A stretch of DNA of 64,000 bases from the human T2T-CHM13v2.0 reference genome, Homo sapiens, in assembly GCF_009914755.1 (NCBI RefSeq), contig NC_060927.1. One strand, 5' to 3'. This document shows positions 16,893 to 35,344 of this stretch, in pieces (the first letter of the stretch is position 1; every line of letters begins with the position of its first letter). The notes under the pieces were generated by a model. That model searched no databases. It was not told where the DNA came from and saw only the letters and a program-made list of their open reading frames with translations. The position numbers and the translations under genes are program-made.

Positions 16893-17854
16893 GAAACAGT
16901 AGATGCTGGCGAGGCTGTGGAGAAATAGGAACACTTTTACGCTGTTGGTGGGAATGTAAATTAGTTCAACCATTGTGGAAGACAGTATGGCGATTCTTCA
17001 AGTATCTAGAACCAGAAATACCTTTTGACCCAGCAATCCCATTACTGGGAATACACCCAAAGAAATATAAATTATTCTACTATAAAGACACATGCACACA
17101 TATGTTTACTGCAGCACTACTTATAATAGCAAAGTCATGGAACCAACCCAAATGCCCATCAATGATAGACTGGATAAATAAAATGTGGTACATGGCCAGG
17201 CATGGTGGCTCACACCTGTAATCCCAACACTTTGGGAGGCCGAGGCGGGTGGATCATGAAGTCAGGAGTTCAAGACCAGCCTGGTCAAGATGGTGAAACC
17301 CCGTCTCTACTAAAAATACAAAAAAATTAGCCAGGCGTGGTGGCAGGCACCTGTAATTCCAGCTACTTGGGAGGCTGAGGCAGAGAATTGCTTGAATCCA
17401 GGAAGCGGAGATTGCAGTGAGCCGAGATCGCACCACTGCACTCCAGCCTGGCAACAGAGTGAGACTTCATCTCAAAAAAAAAAAAAAATGTGGTACATAT
17501 ACACCATGGAATACTACACAGGCATAAAAAGGAATGAGATCATGTCCTTTGCAGGGACATAGATGAAGCTGGAAGCCATCATCCTCAGCAAACTAACATA
17601 GAAATGGAAAACCAAACACCGCATGTTCTCACTCATAAGTGGGAGGTGAACAATGAGAACACATGGACACAGGGAAGGGAGTAACACAAAACAAAGCCCA
17701 CTGGGGGATGGAGGGCAAGGAGAGGGATCCTAGAGAGTGGGTCAATAGGTGCAGCAAACCACCATGGCACACGTATACCTATGTAACAAACCTGCACGTT
17801 CTGCACATGTATCCCGGAACATAAAGTAAAATTTAAAAACTTATAATAAAAAAA
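16893..17854 (+). mobile_element. L1PA-type 3' end fused to U6, interrupted by an AluS (~17193-17487)
   Basis: ORF2 C-terminal peptide (WKTVWRF...EIPFDPAIPLLGI), L1 3'UTR, A-tail; TSD shared with the U6. Confidence 0.9.
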
Positions 17855-18262
17855 GAAAATACTACTAAACTGTACCCTTAAAAATGGTTAAGATGGTTTT
17901 ATGTTATGTGTATTTTATCACAATTTATAAACATTTAGGGGGAAATAACATCAAAACTACAACAGAAAAATGGGCAGAAGATATAAACTAACATTTCACA
18001 ATAAAAATATAATTAAAATGGCACTTAAACCATATTTTAAACGTATAATCTTATTCATAATTACAGAAAGCAAATTTAAACTACCCTGAGATACCATCTG
18101 TCACATATCAGATTGACAAAAATTTTTTTTTAAATATGACCCCCACATTCTTTTGTGAAACTATGGGGAAGCAAACACTCTCATAAATTGCTAGCACATT
18201 TTGGAAAGAAATTTTGCAATATCTAATAAGACTACATATTGAAGTCCCACTTAGAGAAATTA

Positions 18263-18883
<621 letters not shown>

Positions 18884-20819
18884 TTATATGAAAGAGTAGC
18901 TTGGAACAGACAGAAAGTATGGGGGCATGGGAACAGGGTGGAAGGGATGGGAGATGCTTCTCTGAGGTGTACTTTTGGTATAGTTCTGATTTTAAACCTT
19001 GCTGTTGTTTTACCTGCTCAAAGTATAAGTAAAAAATATCATCATGAATGAGGGAGAAAAGAAACTCCAAATGAAAACAAACAAACCAATGAACCTACCT
19101 GAATTTCAAGTTATTAATAATTACCTAGCTGAAAATGTATTAATAATTACCTATTGAAAAGGAGTGTAGAACTAACCAATACTGAACACAATATTTTAAC
19201 CATATATCCTTATGCTAAGTACAAAAGACTATAGGTGAATATTAAACTATGGTGAGGTTTGTTTTTCACAGTAGTATGAGTTAGCAATTTTGAAATTATT
19301 TATGTATACTCTAGGATTTAACAAAATAAGTAAACCTTGTGGCTAATGGATGAAAGCCAGATTCCTCACTAATAGAGAAGGAAGCTATGCATAGAGAAAG
19401 GGGGACAGGCTAGAATAAACCCTGGGATGTTACTGGAATAGGAGGTATCAGTATGAATCCATGGGTTTTGAGAGAGAGAGAGAGAAATAATTATTTTCTA
19501 GATCTTCTGCTGAGAAAGCCAGGAAGCAATGACACTCAGTATCAAGGAGCACATTTAACACACATATCATGGTTTTTAAATACCATTCTCCACTAAAAGG
19601 AGCCAAAAATCCCTGGAGAAATGACTGATTACAGGGCTAGAATAAAAAAAGTATATATAGCATGATCCTGGAACATCTTATTGTGCCAGAAAGTAAGGAT
19701 GTGCTCAAAGAATGATGGGATATGTAAAAAAAAAGACGAAAGAGTCAACTTTAAGGGCTCCCACTGGCCAAATGTGGAACAACTGAACTTCAAAATTAAT
19801 AATAAAGCCAGGCCTTGTGGCGCATGCCTGTAATCCCAGCTACTCAGGAGGCTGGGGTGGGAGGATGGCTTGAGCCCAGGAGTTCAAGGCTTCAGTGAGC
19901 CATGATCACAACACTGCTCTCCAGCCTGGGCGACAGAGCAAAACCCCATCTCTACAAAATAATTATTATTAATAATAATAATACATTATAACTTAATAGT
20001 TAAAGTAAAAATCTATAGTCCACACTGATCTAAATGAATGAATAAGCGAAGAAAAATATTAAAAGTTCTTTCTTACTACAGAATTCCAACAAAAAATGTA
20101 AAAGAAATGATAGAAAAATTACTATTTGGCAACAACCATAGTAATCATTGTTACAGGCAAAGATGTTAACATTATGGGAACACATAAAGCATACAGGGGA
20201 ATTCTTTGTACTCTTTTTTGCAACTTTTCCGTATGTCTAAAATTATTTTGAGATAAAAAGATTTTTTAAATGTGTAGCCTAGATGGACATTTTTTCTTTT
20301 GTCTCTTACTTTTATTTTTTTTCAATTAGTTGCTCACTCCAAAATTCTTACAGAAAGACATTTTCTATGTCCACTCCATTAATGTACTGCTTAGTCTTTT
20401 TTTTTTTTTTTTTTTTTTTTTTTCTTCAGATGGAGTCTCCCTCCGTCGCCCAGGCTGGAGTGCAATGGCATGATCTTGACTCACTGAAACCTCCACCTCT
20501 TGGGTTCAAGTGATGTTCCTGCCTCAGCCTCCTGAGTAGCTGGGATTACAGGCGTGGGCCACCATGCCCGGCTAATTTTTTTCTTTTTAGTAGAGATGGG
20601 GTTTCACCATGTTGGTCAGGCTGGTCTCGAACTCCTGACCTTGTGATCCATCCGACTCGGCCTCCCAAAGTGCTGGGATTACAGGCATGAGCCACCATGC
20701 CCGGCCCATGTACTGCCTAATCTTAAAATTCTTGTGTGATAGTCCCCAGTCCCTCACTATATCAATGGGCTGACCTCTGTCTAGCAATGAAATTGGTCCT
20801 CTCCCTACTCCAGCTCTTC

Positions 20820-21750
20820 CCTCCTCTCTAGATGATCTTAATAATAAGTGTCGCCAATTACCCTGCAAAATCAGACCAAAGCCTAAGAATCATCCTTGGT
20901 TCCTCTTTTTCTCACTGCCCACATGCACCCTACCTGCAAGTCCTGTCGCATTTACATCCAAAATATGTCCTGAATCTAACAATTTCTCTCTAGCTCTATT
21001 GCTATCACTCTAGTCTAAACTATTCTCTCTCACCTAGACTGTTATCTTGTACAACTACCTGGTTCTTCCTTTATACTTTTGCCGTAGCCACAATCCATCT
21101 TCTAAAGAATCTAAGTGGCCTTTTTCATATAATTGTCAAAGTGACTTTTTATCATTAAAAGTAAATCAAGTTATGTTATCCCCATGGGTAGAATCCTCCA
21201 ATGACTTCCAATTGCCACTCTGAGTAAAATCCAAGCAACTTATCATAGCCTACAAGGCCCTCATCTCTGGCTCCTGACCCCCTTTTCAAGTTTATTTTAT
21301 ACTTTCCCATGAGCTCAATCAGCAGCTGGCCTTCTTTCAGTTCCTGGAACATACCCAGTTGTTTTCTCCTTCAGGTGACTTAAACTTAGCTGTTCCCTCT
21401 GTTGGGAAATTCTCAACCCCAGGTCTTTCCACGGCTGGCTCCTTTCTACCATTCAGGTCTCCATAAATGTCACCACCTCAGGGACGCCTTCTCTAACCAC
21501 ATGCCTAATATGGCCCCACTCCCTCACCAGTCACTATCTACCATATTACCCTGTATTTCCTTCACAGTACTTATCACAATTTTATTTATTAAATGAAATA
21601 GAAAAATTTTATTTAATTATTATATGTCTTCCTCATTAAAGTATAAGCTTCATAAGGGCTTATATGTCCATCTTGTCCATCAATCTTCAGCATCTAGCAC
21701 AGGATCAAGTATGCATAGATATTTGTTAAGAATCTCATGAATAAATAAAT
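20820..21750 (+). mobile_element. L2 remnant (similar remnant at ~43130-44760)
   Basis: L2 3' hallmarks (gcctacaaggccct, atttgtt...atgaataaat). Confidence 0.6.
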
Positions 21751-22708
21751 TATACAGACAAAGATGATATTTTCTCAATACCCCAAACCTATAGCAGTTC
21801 TAGAAAGCAGGTCAGGGTCAAGCACTGAAATATTAGATAGAAAACTAAGCTTGAATAAAATTATTATATGACTATATAGTGAAAGGAAATTTATTGAATG
21901 TGGTTTTTGTTGCAGAAAAAAAGAAAGAAAAAATGAAATTTAAATTCATTATTCTAATTATGTATCTATAACTTATACCTTTCTAAAACCATTTCATCTC
22001 CTAAAATAAAAATATGTTTGACCCTTAGAATTAAAGTATATAATCTTCCTTAGCAAAACACTATCTAAGTCAAGTGATGTACTTTCAAAATTTTTCTTGA
22101 AAACTCCCTGGCCCAGCACGGTGGCTCATGCCTGTAATCCCAGCACTTTGCGAGGTAGAAGCAGGTGGATCCCTTTCAGCTCAGGAGTGAGAGACCAGTC
22201 TGGGCAACATGGGGAAACCCCACCTCTACAATAAATAAATAAATAAAAATTATCCAAGCGTGGTGCCTCACATCTGTAGTCCCAGCTCCTCGGGAGGCTG
22301 AGGCTAAGAGATTGCTTGAGCCTGGAAAGCAGATGTTGCAGTAAGCCAAGATCACTCCCCTGCACACCAGCCTGGGTGACAGAGTGAGAAACTGTCTCAA
22401 AAAACAGAAAACATAAAAAAAAAAACTTTCTATATTATGCCCTCACTGTAGTCTCTTCACACTTCTATTATAACAGCTGTTACATTTTACTGAACATGTG
22501 TTTTTATATTTATTCATTCATCAATCATTCATTAAGTAACTATTTTTAGTGCTCGATATCATAGTAGTTGATTAAGAAGCAATTCCTGGCCGGGCACGGT
22601 GGCTCACACCTGTAACCCCAGCACTTTGGGAAGCTGAAGCAGGTGGATCACTGGAGGTCAGGAGTTTGAGACCAGCTTGGCCAACATGGTGAAACCCTGT
22701 CTCTACTA

Positions 22709-22861
<153 letters not shown>

Positions 22862-23414
22862 CTACTCTGTCTCAAAAAAAAGAAAAGAAAAGAAAAGAAA
22901 AGAAAGAAAGAAAAGCTGCTGTTGGCTGCTGTGGTCAAGATAAGAGATGAAGCTCTGATCTAAGGCTAGGACAAGAAAATGACTGTTTTGAGAACTATAT
23001 AGAGCTCTTGGGAACTAAGTATATGGGAGGGAGGTAGTTGGGGAAGGGGAACAAGAAGTTCAGATTCAGATATTTTAAGCATGAGTAACCGGATTGATGG
23101 TGATAACAACTAGAATAGAAAATGTGCAAGAGGAGTCTTATGGAGGAAGCTTGTGGTCTCATTTTTTTGACACGTTGATTCTGAGGTATTTGTGCAAAAA
23201 AGTCTCTGGGAGTCATCAATATATGAAAGGTAGCTGAAATCAGAAAAGGAGAGAATCATCCATGGAGATTCAAGGAAAGAGAAGAGTGGCTACAGCCAGT
23301 CAAGAAAGAGGAACCTGTGGAGATGACAGAGAAATAATAGAGAACCAGATGAATAAACATAAAGGAATGTTAGAAAGGAAATAAATGGTCAGTGGTGTCA
23401 AAAGTCAGCTGAAA

Positions 23415-26138
<2,724 letters not shown>

Positions 26139-26478
26139 TCAGGAGGCTGAGGCAGAAGAATCGCTTGAACCCGGGAGACAGAGGTAGCAGTGAGCCAAGA
26201 TCGCACCACTGCACGCCAGCCTAGCTGACAAGAGGGAGACTCTGTCTCAAAAAAGAGACAGGTGGAGGTCCAAGAGAGAGAAGTATAGAAAAAATATCTT
26301 TTGGCCAGGCGAGATGTCTCACACCTGTAATCCCATCACTTTGGGAGGCTGAGATGGGTTTATTACCTGAGGTCAGGAGCTCGAGGCCAGCCTGGCCAAC
26401 ATGGTGAAACCCCATCTCTATTAAAAATACAAAATTTAGGTGGGTGTGGTGGCACATGTCTGTAATCCCAGCTACTCA

Positions 26479-26655
<177 letters not shown>

Positions 26656-27943
26656 TCATGATGAAGTGATGGAATTCCTAGAAGCCATATTGCCAAGAGC
26701 AGTGGGCTCAGGAGTGAATGACTGTATGCCTGGCTAGGAACAATGAGGATACTAAACACATACACGCAAATATTAAATACATTTGGCAATTTGTACATTA
26801 AATATTTATTAATGTTTTGGGAATGTTGTGTATCAGTAATTATACCTAGTAAAAAGAAAGATCCACATCCAAATTCTCCAGAAACGGGTGGCCAGGTAAG
26901 GAGGAAGAAGAGCATTTTAAAAACCAAAACCAAAACAAGGAAAAGCTAAAAAGAGTTTCTTCCAAATATCCTGAATTCATAGAGGTTGAATTCACATCTT
27001 CAGCCTCTATCCCCCAAAGTGAATTTTAAGGGACTTGAGAAGCTTATACCCCATCTGAAAACATGCTGCATGATTTCCTCTTTCACGTCTCCAGTTCCAT
27101 ACGTTTCTGTTATCCTTTGCTAGTAAAGAAATTTTAGATGTTTTTGTCTTTCCACCAATCATATCATAAGTCCCCTGTTGCCACTCATGCAGTCAGTGTC
27201 TTTTTTTTTTTTAATCTCTAGCACCTAGCATTTGGCAAGCACATAACAGATTCTAAATACATATTTGCTGAGTGGCTACTATATCATTATATCAATATTA
27301 GAATACTCAATTATTACCCTAATGAAAAAGAGAGATGGAGTTCCTTTATAACTGCCACTTTGAGTTTTTTTTCAGTTGTTTGGAATAAGAATGAAAATAT
27401 TTACGTAATTAATCTGCAAATAGTGAATGCCAACAAAAATGTAATTCTTAAAACCCATATTGGCCGGGCACAGTGGCTCAAACCTGTATTTCTAGCAATT
27501 TGATAGGCCAAGGTGGGAGGATCACTTGAGTCCAGGAGTTCAAGACCAGCCTGGGCAATATAGTGAGATCTCATTTCTACAAATAATTTTAAAAATTATC
27601 CAAGCATGGTGGCATGTGATTGCAGTCCCAGCTACTCAGGAGGCTGAGGTGGGAGGACTGCTTGAGCCTGAGTGGTGGGGCTGCAGTGACCCGAGATCGC
27701 ACCACTGCCCTCCAGCCTTGGTGACAGAGCAAGACCCTGTTTAAAACAAAAAAACAAAAAAATCTATATTGCCATATTGTTGTTCATGACATGTTTGCTC
27801 CCTTGGGAAGAGAAAATAAAAACCTCAGTTTCTAAATTTATTTATTTTCTAGAATGGGACTTAGCAGGTGGTCTTAGATGAAACTACTTTGCAATAATTT
27901 CTTTGAACATTTTCAAACAAGAAATATAAAAACTTGAACTCAC

Positions 27944-27970
27944 TCCTTTTTTTTTCATTTCACTGGTCAT
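27944..27970 (-). CDS. DNAH12: DNAH12 exon 4, 27-nt microexon (MTSEMKKKG)
   Basis: ttttgacag acceptor, gtgagt donor, phase 0-0; fills the gap between PQT and FNYIY. Confidence 0.9.
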
Positions 27971-28163
27971 CTGTCAAAAACAAACAGGATATAATTAAAT
28001 CAAGGAGAACATTTTAAAATTAATTTAAATTGTTTAAAAATTAAATATATAGTTTAAATATATCTATTATTCCTTTTAAAAACATCAGTTATATTGAGAT
28101 TGTCTTAACTACAAATTAAAATGATATAAGGATAAACTTTTTAACGAGAAAACATAAACTTAC

Positions 28164-28245
28164 AGTTTGAGGATAATCAGGTGGTGGTAATAGAGGTGTT
28201 CTTTTACCCAGTGTTCTGTCTAAATTTCTTTTGGCTCCATCAATT
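28164..28245 (-). CDS. DNAH12: DNAH12 exon 3 (IDGAKRNLDRTLGKRTPLLPPPDYPQT)
   Basis: ttcag acceptor, gtaagt donor, 82 nt, phase-compatible with exon 2. Confidence 0.95.
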
Positions 28246-30291
28246 CTGAAATTTATAGTTAGAAATATGACTCTCTTGATAACATTAGCATAAGTTACTA
28301 AAACATTACAATTTAAGCATTTTTCCAACTATACTAAGAGATATTCAAGAGTTATCTTACTGAATTTTTTATGAGAAACAAATCCCAATAGACATTATCA
28401 ATGAGACCTTAATTTTTAAATAATGCATATATATGTAACAGGGTGAAACTAAAAATCAAAATCAAATTTTTTCAAGTATAACTTACTGACCATTTAAAAA
28501 TTAATCCCAATGAATAGTGGGCACTTATATGTATTATCTCTGTTCAAATGTCTGCCGGTCTGTCAGAGAAGCCTCCCCGTACCCCCATATTAAGTAGTAC
28601 CTCCTTCGATATCCATCCTTTTTATCCTCACTTATCTTGCTTCAAAGCACTTACCATCGTTTGATATAGAATATTTTGTAAACTGTTTTATTCACTGTGG
28701 TTATCCTCAGTGCCTAGAACAGTACCTGGCACATAGTAGCTGCTCAATAAACAGTTTACCTTCAAAACTGTTAAGAGATTTTTTTTGCATCCATAAGATA
28801 TAATTTTCTCTTTAAATTAAGTTGTATAATCCTATTGTATAATCCCTTAATCTGTCAATAAATATTTATTGAATCCCTATATTATGTAAATCACAATACT
28901 AGATCCTATTAAAATATAACAACAAATCTCAAGGACTGATGAACTGTTTAAGTGAGAAGAAAAAAACAGAGTGCCATATAGGTACCCTGTGGTTCAGAGA
29001 GGGGACAAGTTAGTTCACTTTCATCTGTGAAGGCCACATACATGTTACCATTAGCAATGAGCTTTAAATGAAAGAGAGGATTTCAGGTGGAGACATAGTT
29101 TTCCTGGGATCTAAAAAAACAAAGACCCCAAGAAACAGGAAGGCAAGGAAAGGATCAAAGGGGGAAAAAGGAAGCAGGGGTCGTTCAATCCACCCAAAGG
29201 TGACAGTGTCAAGTGGAGATAAGTCTGGAGAAGTGGATTGAAATATCCAGCTAAAGGCCTCAAAAACAAGCTTTTTAATCCAATAGACAATGGAGAGTAA
29301 TCGAGAGGTTTTGAGCATGGAAACATATTTAGGAAGACAAATCTAATAGTCTATAATGCTAGATATACTAGAAGAGATGGCCAAAGAAAAAAGCATACAA
29401 GGGAAATTAAAAGAGAATTCAGAAAAAATTGGAGGGTGTCAAGTACGACAGGAATGACGAAAAACAACAATTGAATGAGCAAAGGAGATACCATCAGGTA
29501 GGTAAGAGGAGAAACAAAAAAAAAAAAAAAAAGAAAAAAAATCTGAAGGAAAGGGTGTCCACTGGAGCTATAAAACCAAAGACTGGTAAGTAGCATAAAG
29601 ACAAGGACCATGTCTATTTTGCTCACTGCTCTCCCCACACCACTTAAATAGTATCCATGAAGATGTAGGAGCTCAATAAGCATCTGGTGAATGAATGATC
29701 AGAATAGCATATTTGGAAATGATCTTGCATATCTAGTTTGGTACCTTACCTAATAGATGAATCCTCTCAGCAATATCAAGCTGTACCCATGGTACTCCAG
29801 GGGCACAGCTTGAGAGAACCATGAGAGTACTGTGAGATGGGTGGGGATGTTGAAAGAGAGGTGGCAGTCATCACTTTATTTTTTAAATTTTTGTGGGTAC
29901 ATAGTAGGCATATGTATTTATGGATTACATGAGATATTTTGATACAGGCATGCTATGCATAATAATCATATCAAGGTAAATAGGGTATCCATCACCTCAA
30001 GCATTTATCCTTTGTGTTACAAACAATTCAATTATACTTTTAGTTATTTTAAAATGTACAATTAAATTATTTTTATTATAGTTACCCTGTCATGCTAGCA
30101 AATAGTATGTCTTATTCTTTTTTTTTTTTTTTTTTTTTTTTTTGAGACAGAGTCTCACTCTGTCCCCCAGGCTGGAATACAGTGGCATGATCTCGACTCA
30201 CCAAAACCTCTGCCACCCAGTTCAAGCAATTCTCCTGCCTCAGCCTCCCAAGTAGCTGGGATTATAGGCTCAGGCTACCAGGCCTGGCTAA

Positions 30292-30447
<156 letters not shown>

Positions 30448-31540
30448 TAACCATCCCCAATTCCCTCCTCTCATCTTCCCCACTACCATTCACAGCCTCT
30501 GGTAACCAGCCTTCTACAATCTATTTCCATGAATTCAAAGAGTTTAATTTTTAGCACCCACAGATAAGTGAATGACTTTAATTTTTAGTGCCCACAGATA
30601 AGTGAAAACATGCAATGTTTGTCTTTCTGTGCCTGCCTTATTTCACTTAACATAATGACCATCCATGTTGTTGCAAATGATAGGTTCTCATTCTTTTTTT
30701 ATGGCTGAATGGTACTCCATTATGTATATGTACCAATTTTCTTTATCCATTCATCTGGGTTTTTTGTTTTTGTTTTGTTTTATTTTTTTTAGGTAAGTTT
30801 ATTAGAGAAGTAAAGAAACAAAAGAATGGCTACTCCATAGACAGAGCAGCCCATTCATCTGTTTATGGACACTGAGGTTGTTTCCAGATCTTTTTTTTTT
30901 TTTTTTTTTTGAGACAGAGTCTGGCTCTGTTGCCAGGCTGGAGTGTGGTGGCGTGATCTCAGCTCACTGCAACCTCTGACTCCCTGGTTCAAGCTATTCT
31001 GCCTCAGCCTCCCAAGTAGCTGGGACTCCAGGTGTGCACCACCACGCCCAGCTAATTTTTGTATTTTTAGTAGAGACGGGTTTCACCCAGTTGGCCAGGA
31101 TGGTCTCGATTTCCTGACCTTGTGATCTGCCCACTTCGACCTCCCAAAGTGCTGGGATTATAGGCGTGAGCACTGCGCCCGGCCTCTTTTTTGTTGTTGT
31201 TGTTGTTTTGTTTTGAGACAGAGTCTTACTCTGTCCCCAGGTTGGGGTGTGGGTGGCACTATCTCAGCTCACTGCAACCTCCGCCTCCCAGGTTCAAGCA
31301 ATTCTCCTGCCTCAGCCTCCTGAGTAGCTGGGATTACAGGCACCCACCACCACACCCAGCTAATTTGTGTATTTTTATCAGAGACAGGGTTCCACCATGT
31401 TGGCCAGGCTCGTCTCAAACTCCTGACCTCAGGTGATCTGCCCCTGTTTGCTATTTTCATGTCTTCTTTTGAGAAATGTCTATTTAGATCTTTTGCCTAT
31501 TTTTAAATCAGATTATTAGTTTTTCTTTTCCTATAGAGTT

Positions 31541-32107
31541 TGTAATAGGCCATTCTTGCATTGCTATAAATAACTAAGACAGGTGTGGTGACTCATGCCT
31601 GTAATTCCAGTCCTTTGGGAGGCCATGGCAGGAGGATTGCTTGAGCCCAGGAGTTTGAAACTAGACTGGGCAACACAGTGAGACTTTGTTTCCAAAAAAC
31701 AAAAACAAAGGAAATTTTTTAAAAAGAGAGAAATATCTGAGACTGGGTAATTTATAAAGAAAAGAGGTTTAATTGGCTCCTGGTTCTGCAGGCTGCACAG
31801 GAAGCATAGCAGCATCTGCTGTTGGGGAGGCCTCAGGAAGCTTATAATCATGGTGGAAGGTGAAGGAAGAGCAGGCATGTCACATGGCGAAAGCAGGAGC
31901 AAGAGCAGGGGTGGGAGGCACACTTTGAAGCAACCAGATCTCACGAGAACTCACTATCATGAGGACAGCATCAAGGGGATGGTGCTTAACCATTTATGAG
32001 ACATCTACCCACATGATCCAATCACCTCCCACCAGGCCTCACCTCCAATACTGAGGAATACAATTCAACATGAGATTTCAGTGGGGTCACACATCCAAAC
32101 TATATTA
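31541..32107 (-). mobile_element. MST (MaLR) solo LTR with an inserted Alu monomer
   Basis: gagactgggtaatttataaagaaaagaggtttaattggctc core; 5-bp TSD GAGTT at 31536-40 and 32108-12. Confidence 0.85.
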
Positions 32108-32379
32108 GAGTTGTTAGAGCTCTTTATATATTACGGTTATTAATCCCTTGTCAGATGGGTAGTTTGCAAATATTTTTTCCCATTCTATGGGTTGTCTCAT
32201 CATGTTGTTATTTCCTTTGCTGTGAGGAAGCTTTTTAACTTGATATGATCCCATTTGTCTATTTTTGCTTTGGCTGCCTGTACTCGTGGGGTATTACTCA
32301 AGAAATCTTTTCCTACTCCAATATTCTGGAGAGTTTCACCCAGTGTTTTCTTGTAGTAGTTTCGTAGTCTTAGATTTAA

Positions 32380-32757
<378 letters not shown>

Positions 32758-32927
32758 TAGATATTTGGGGGGTAGTACAGACACTTTAACAATATTAATT
32801 CTGCTGGGCCAGGCGCGGTGGCTCACGCCTATAATCCCAGCACTTTGGGAGGACAAGGCGGGCAGATTACCTGAGGTCAGGAGTTTGAGACCAGCCTGAC
32901 CAACATGGAGAAACCCCATCTCTACTA

Positions 32928-33074
<147 letters not shown>

Positions 33075-34641
33075 CTAAACTCTGTCTCAAAAAAAAAAAA
33101 ACAATATTAATTCTGCCAATAAATGAACATGGAATATCTTTCCATTATTTTCTGGGATTTTCAATTTCTTTTTTTTTGAGACGGAGTTTTGCTCTTTGTT
33201 GCCCAGGCTGGAGTGCAGTGGCATGATCTTCGCTCACTGTAACCTCTGCCATCTGGGTTCTAAGCAATTCTCCTGTCTTAGCCTCCTGAGTAGCTGGGAT
33301 TACAGGTTCCCACCACCATACCAGCTAATTTTTGTATTTTTAGTAGAGATGAGGTTTCACCATGTTGGCCAGGCTGGTCTCAAACTCCTGACCACAGGTG
33401 ATCCACCTGCCTCAGCCTCCCACAGTGCTGGGATTACAGGCGTGAGCCATCGCGCCTGGCCGATGAATGACCTTTTTAATGTGTCGTTGAATTTGTTTTG
33501 CTAGTATTTTGTTGAGGATTTTTGTATCAATATTCATCTGTGATACTGGCCTGCAGTTTCCTTTTTTTGATGTATCTTTGTCTGGTTTTGGTATCAGGGT
33601 AATACTGGCCTCAAAAAATGAGTTTGGAAGTATTCCCTCCTCCTCTATTTTTCAGACTAGTTTAAGTAGCATTGGTATTAGTTCCTCTTTAAATGTTTAA
33701 TAGAATTCAGCAGTGAAGCCATAAGGGCCTGGGCTTTTTTTGCTGGAAGATGTTTTATTATGGCTTCAATCTCATTACGTTATTGGTCTGTTCAGGTTTT
33801 GGATTTCTTCATGGTTCAATCTCTGTAGGTTGTATTTGTCTACAAATGTATCCATTTCTTCTAGATATTCCAATTTATTGGCATACAGTTGCTCATCATA
33901 GCCACTAATGATCCTTTGAATTTCTGCAGTATCAATTGTAATGTCTTCTTTTTCATCTCTGATTTTATTTATTTGGATCCTCTCTCTTTTTTTCCTAGTC
34001 TGGTTAAAGGTTTGTCTATTTTGTTTAACTTTTCAAAAAAATCAACTTTCTGTTTCATTCATCTTTTGTATTGTTTTCTTCATTCCAATGTCATTTATTT
34101 CTCCTCTGATCTTTATTATTTCTTTTCTTCAGCTAATTTTGGTTTGGTTTGCTCTTGTTTTTGTCATTTGTTAAGATGCATCACTAGGTTATTTATTTGA
34201 AGTTTTTCTTCTTTGTTGATGTAGACACTTATAGCTATAAATTTCTCTTTTAGTACTGCTTTCACTGTATCCCATAGGTTTTCGTATGTTGCATTTCCAT
34301 TATCATTTGTTTCAAGAAAATTTTCAATTTCCTTCTTAATTTCTTCATTGACTCACTGGTCACTCAAAAGCATATTTTTTAATTTCCATCTGTTTGTATA
34401 GTTTCCAAAATTCCTCTTGTTATTGATTTCTAGTTTTATTCCATTGTGGTCAGAGAAGGTGCTTGATATTATTTCAAATTCTTTGAATGTTTTAAGTTCA
34501 ATTCAAATTTTTTGAATGTTTAAGCTGGGCATGAGTCACCATGCCCAGCCAGTAATAAAACTCTACACACCTTGATTTCATCCCCCTGCTTTTTAACTTT
34601 TTGTTGTTTCTATTTATATCTTATTATACTTTCTATGTCTT

Positions 34642-35344
34642 TTTTTTTCTTGTTACAGAACAATAAACACCTTTATTACATAAGCAAATACAGAAAGGAT
34701 GAGGATTTATTTGCCTTTCTGGGCCTTGATTTTCCAAAGATAAAACTCCAACTCCCAGGCCTCTAGCACATAGCCATCTGCTGGGCCACACTGCTCTGGC
34801 CTTGATGTGATACATGCCAGATGCTTGCCCTGCTGGAACTGCTCCTCCAGAAGACTGCTGATTTTGGCATTCTTTTTCCTTTCATCATATTTCTTCTAAA
34901 TTTTTTTAGATTGTTTTTTGTTTAAAATCTCTTCCTCCTCAGGAGTCAGCTTGGCCCCCTTCTTGCAGCCCAGGGACAATGTATAGTGGGATTTTCACCA
35001 CTGTCAGTAGAGTGTGCTGTCACTGAGCACGATGCAGTTCTTCAATAGCATCTTGGTACGGACCAGTTTGTTATTGGACACACTGTAGACAACATTGATG
35101 ATCCTTGTTTTGCACCTACATCACTTGGAGCCCCAGGAGAAATTCCCCACATCCAGCCTCAAGGTACAGTATTTCTTGTTACATCCCTGCACACAGACTG
35201 TGTGGACGCAGCGAGGGCCAATCTTGGTGTTGGCAGCGGGGCACTCCAGCTCATACTTCCACTTCTTGTGGGAGGGCTTACTCTTGCCCCTGTCTTGCAG
35301 CACTTGTGCCAGTTGTCACGAGAGCCCATTGCTCGACATCTGTA
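34642..35344 (-). pseudogene. Processed pseudogene of ribosomal protein RPS8
   Basis: ATG 35329, degraded RPS8 peptide ([14 protein letters not shown]...[12 protein letters not shown]...KGK*), stop 34707-09, frameshift near the start, AATAAA 34672-77, poly(A) remnant, TSD CTATGTCTT at 34633-41 and 35345-53. Confidence 0.93.
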
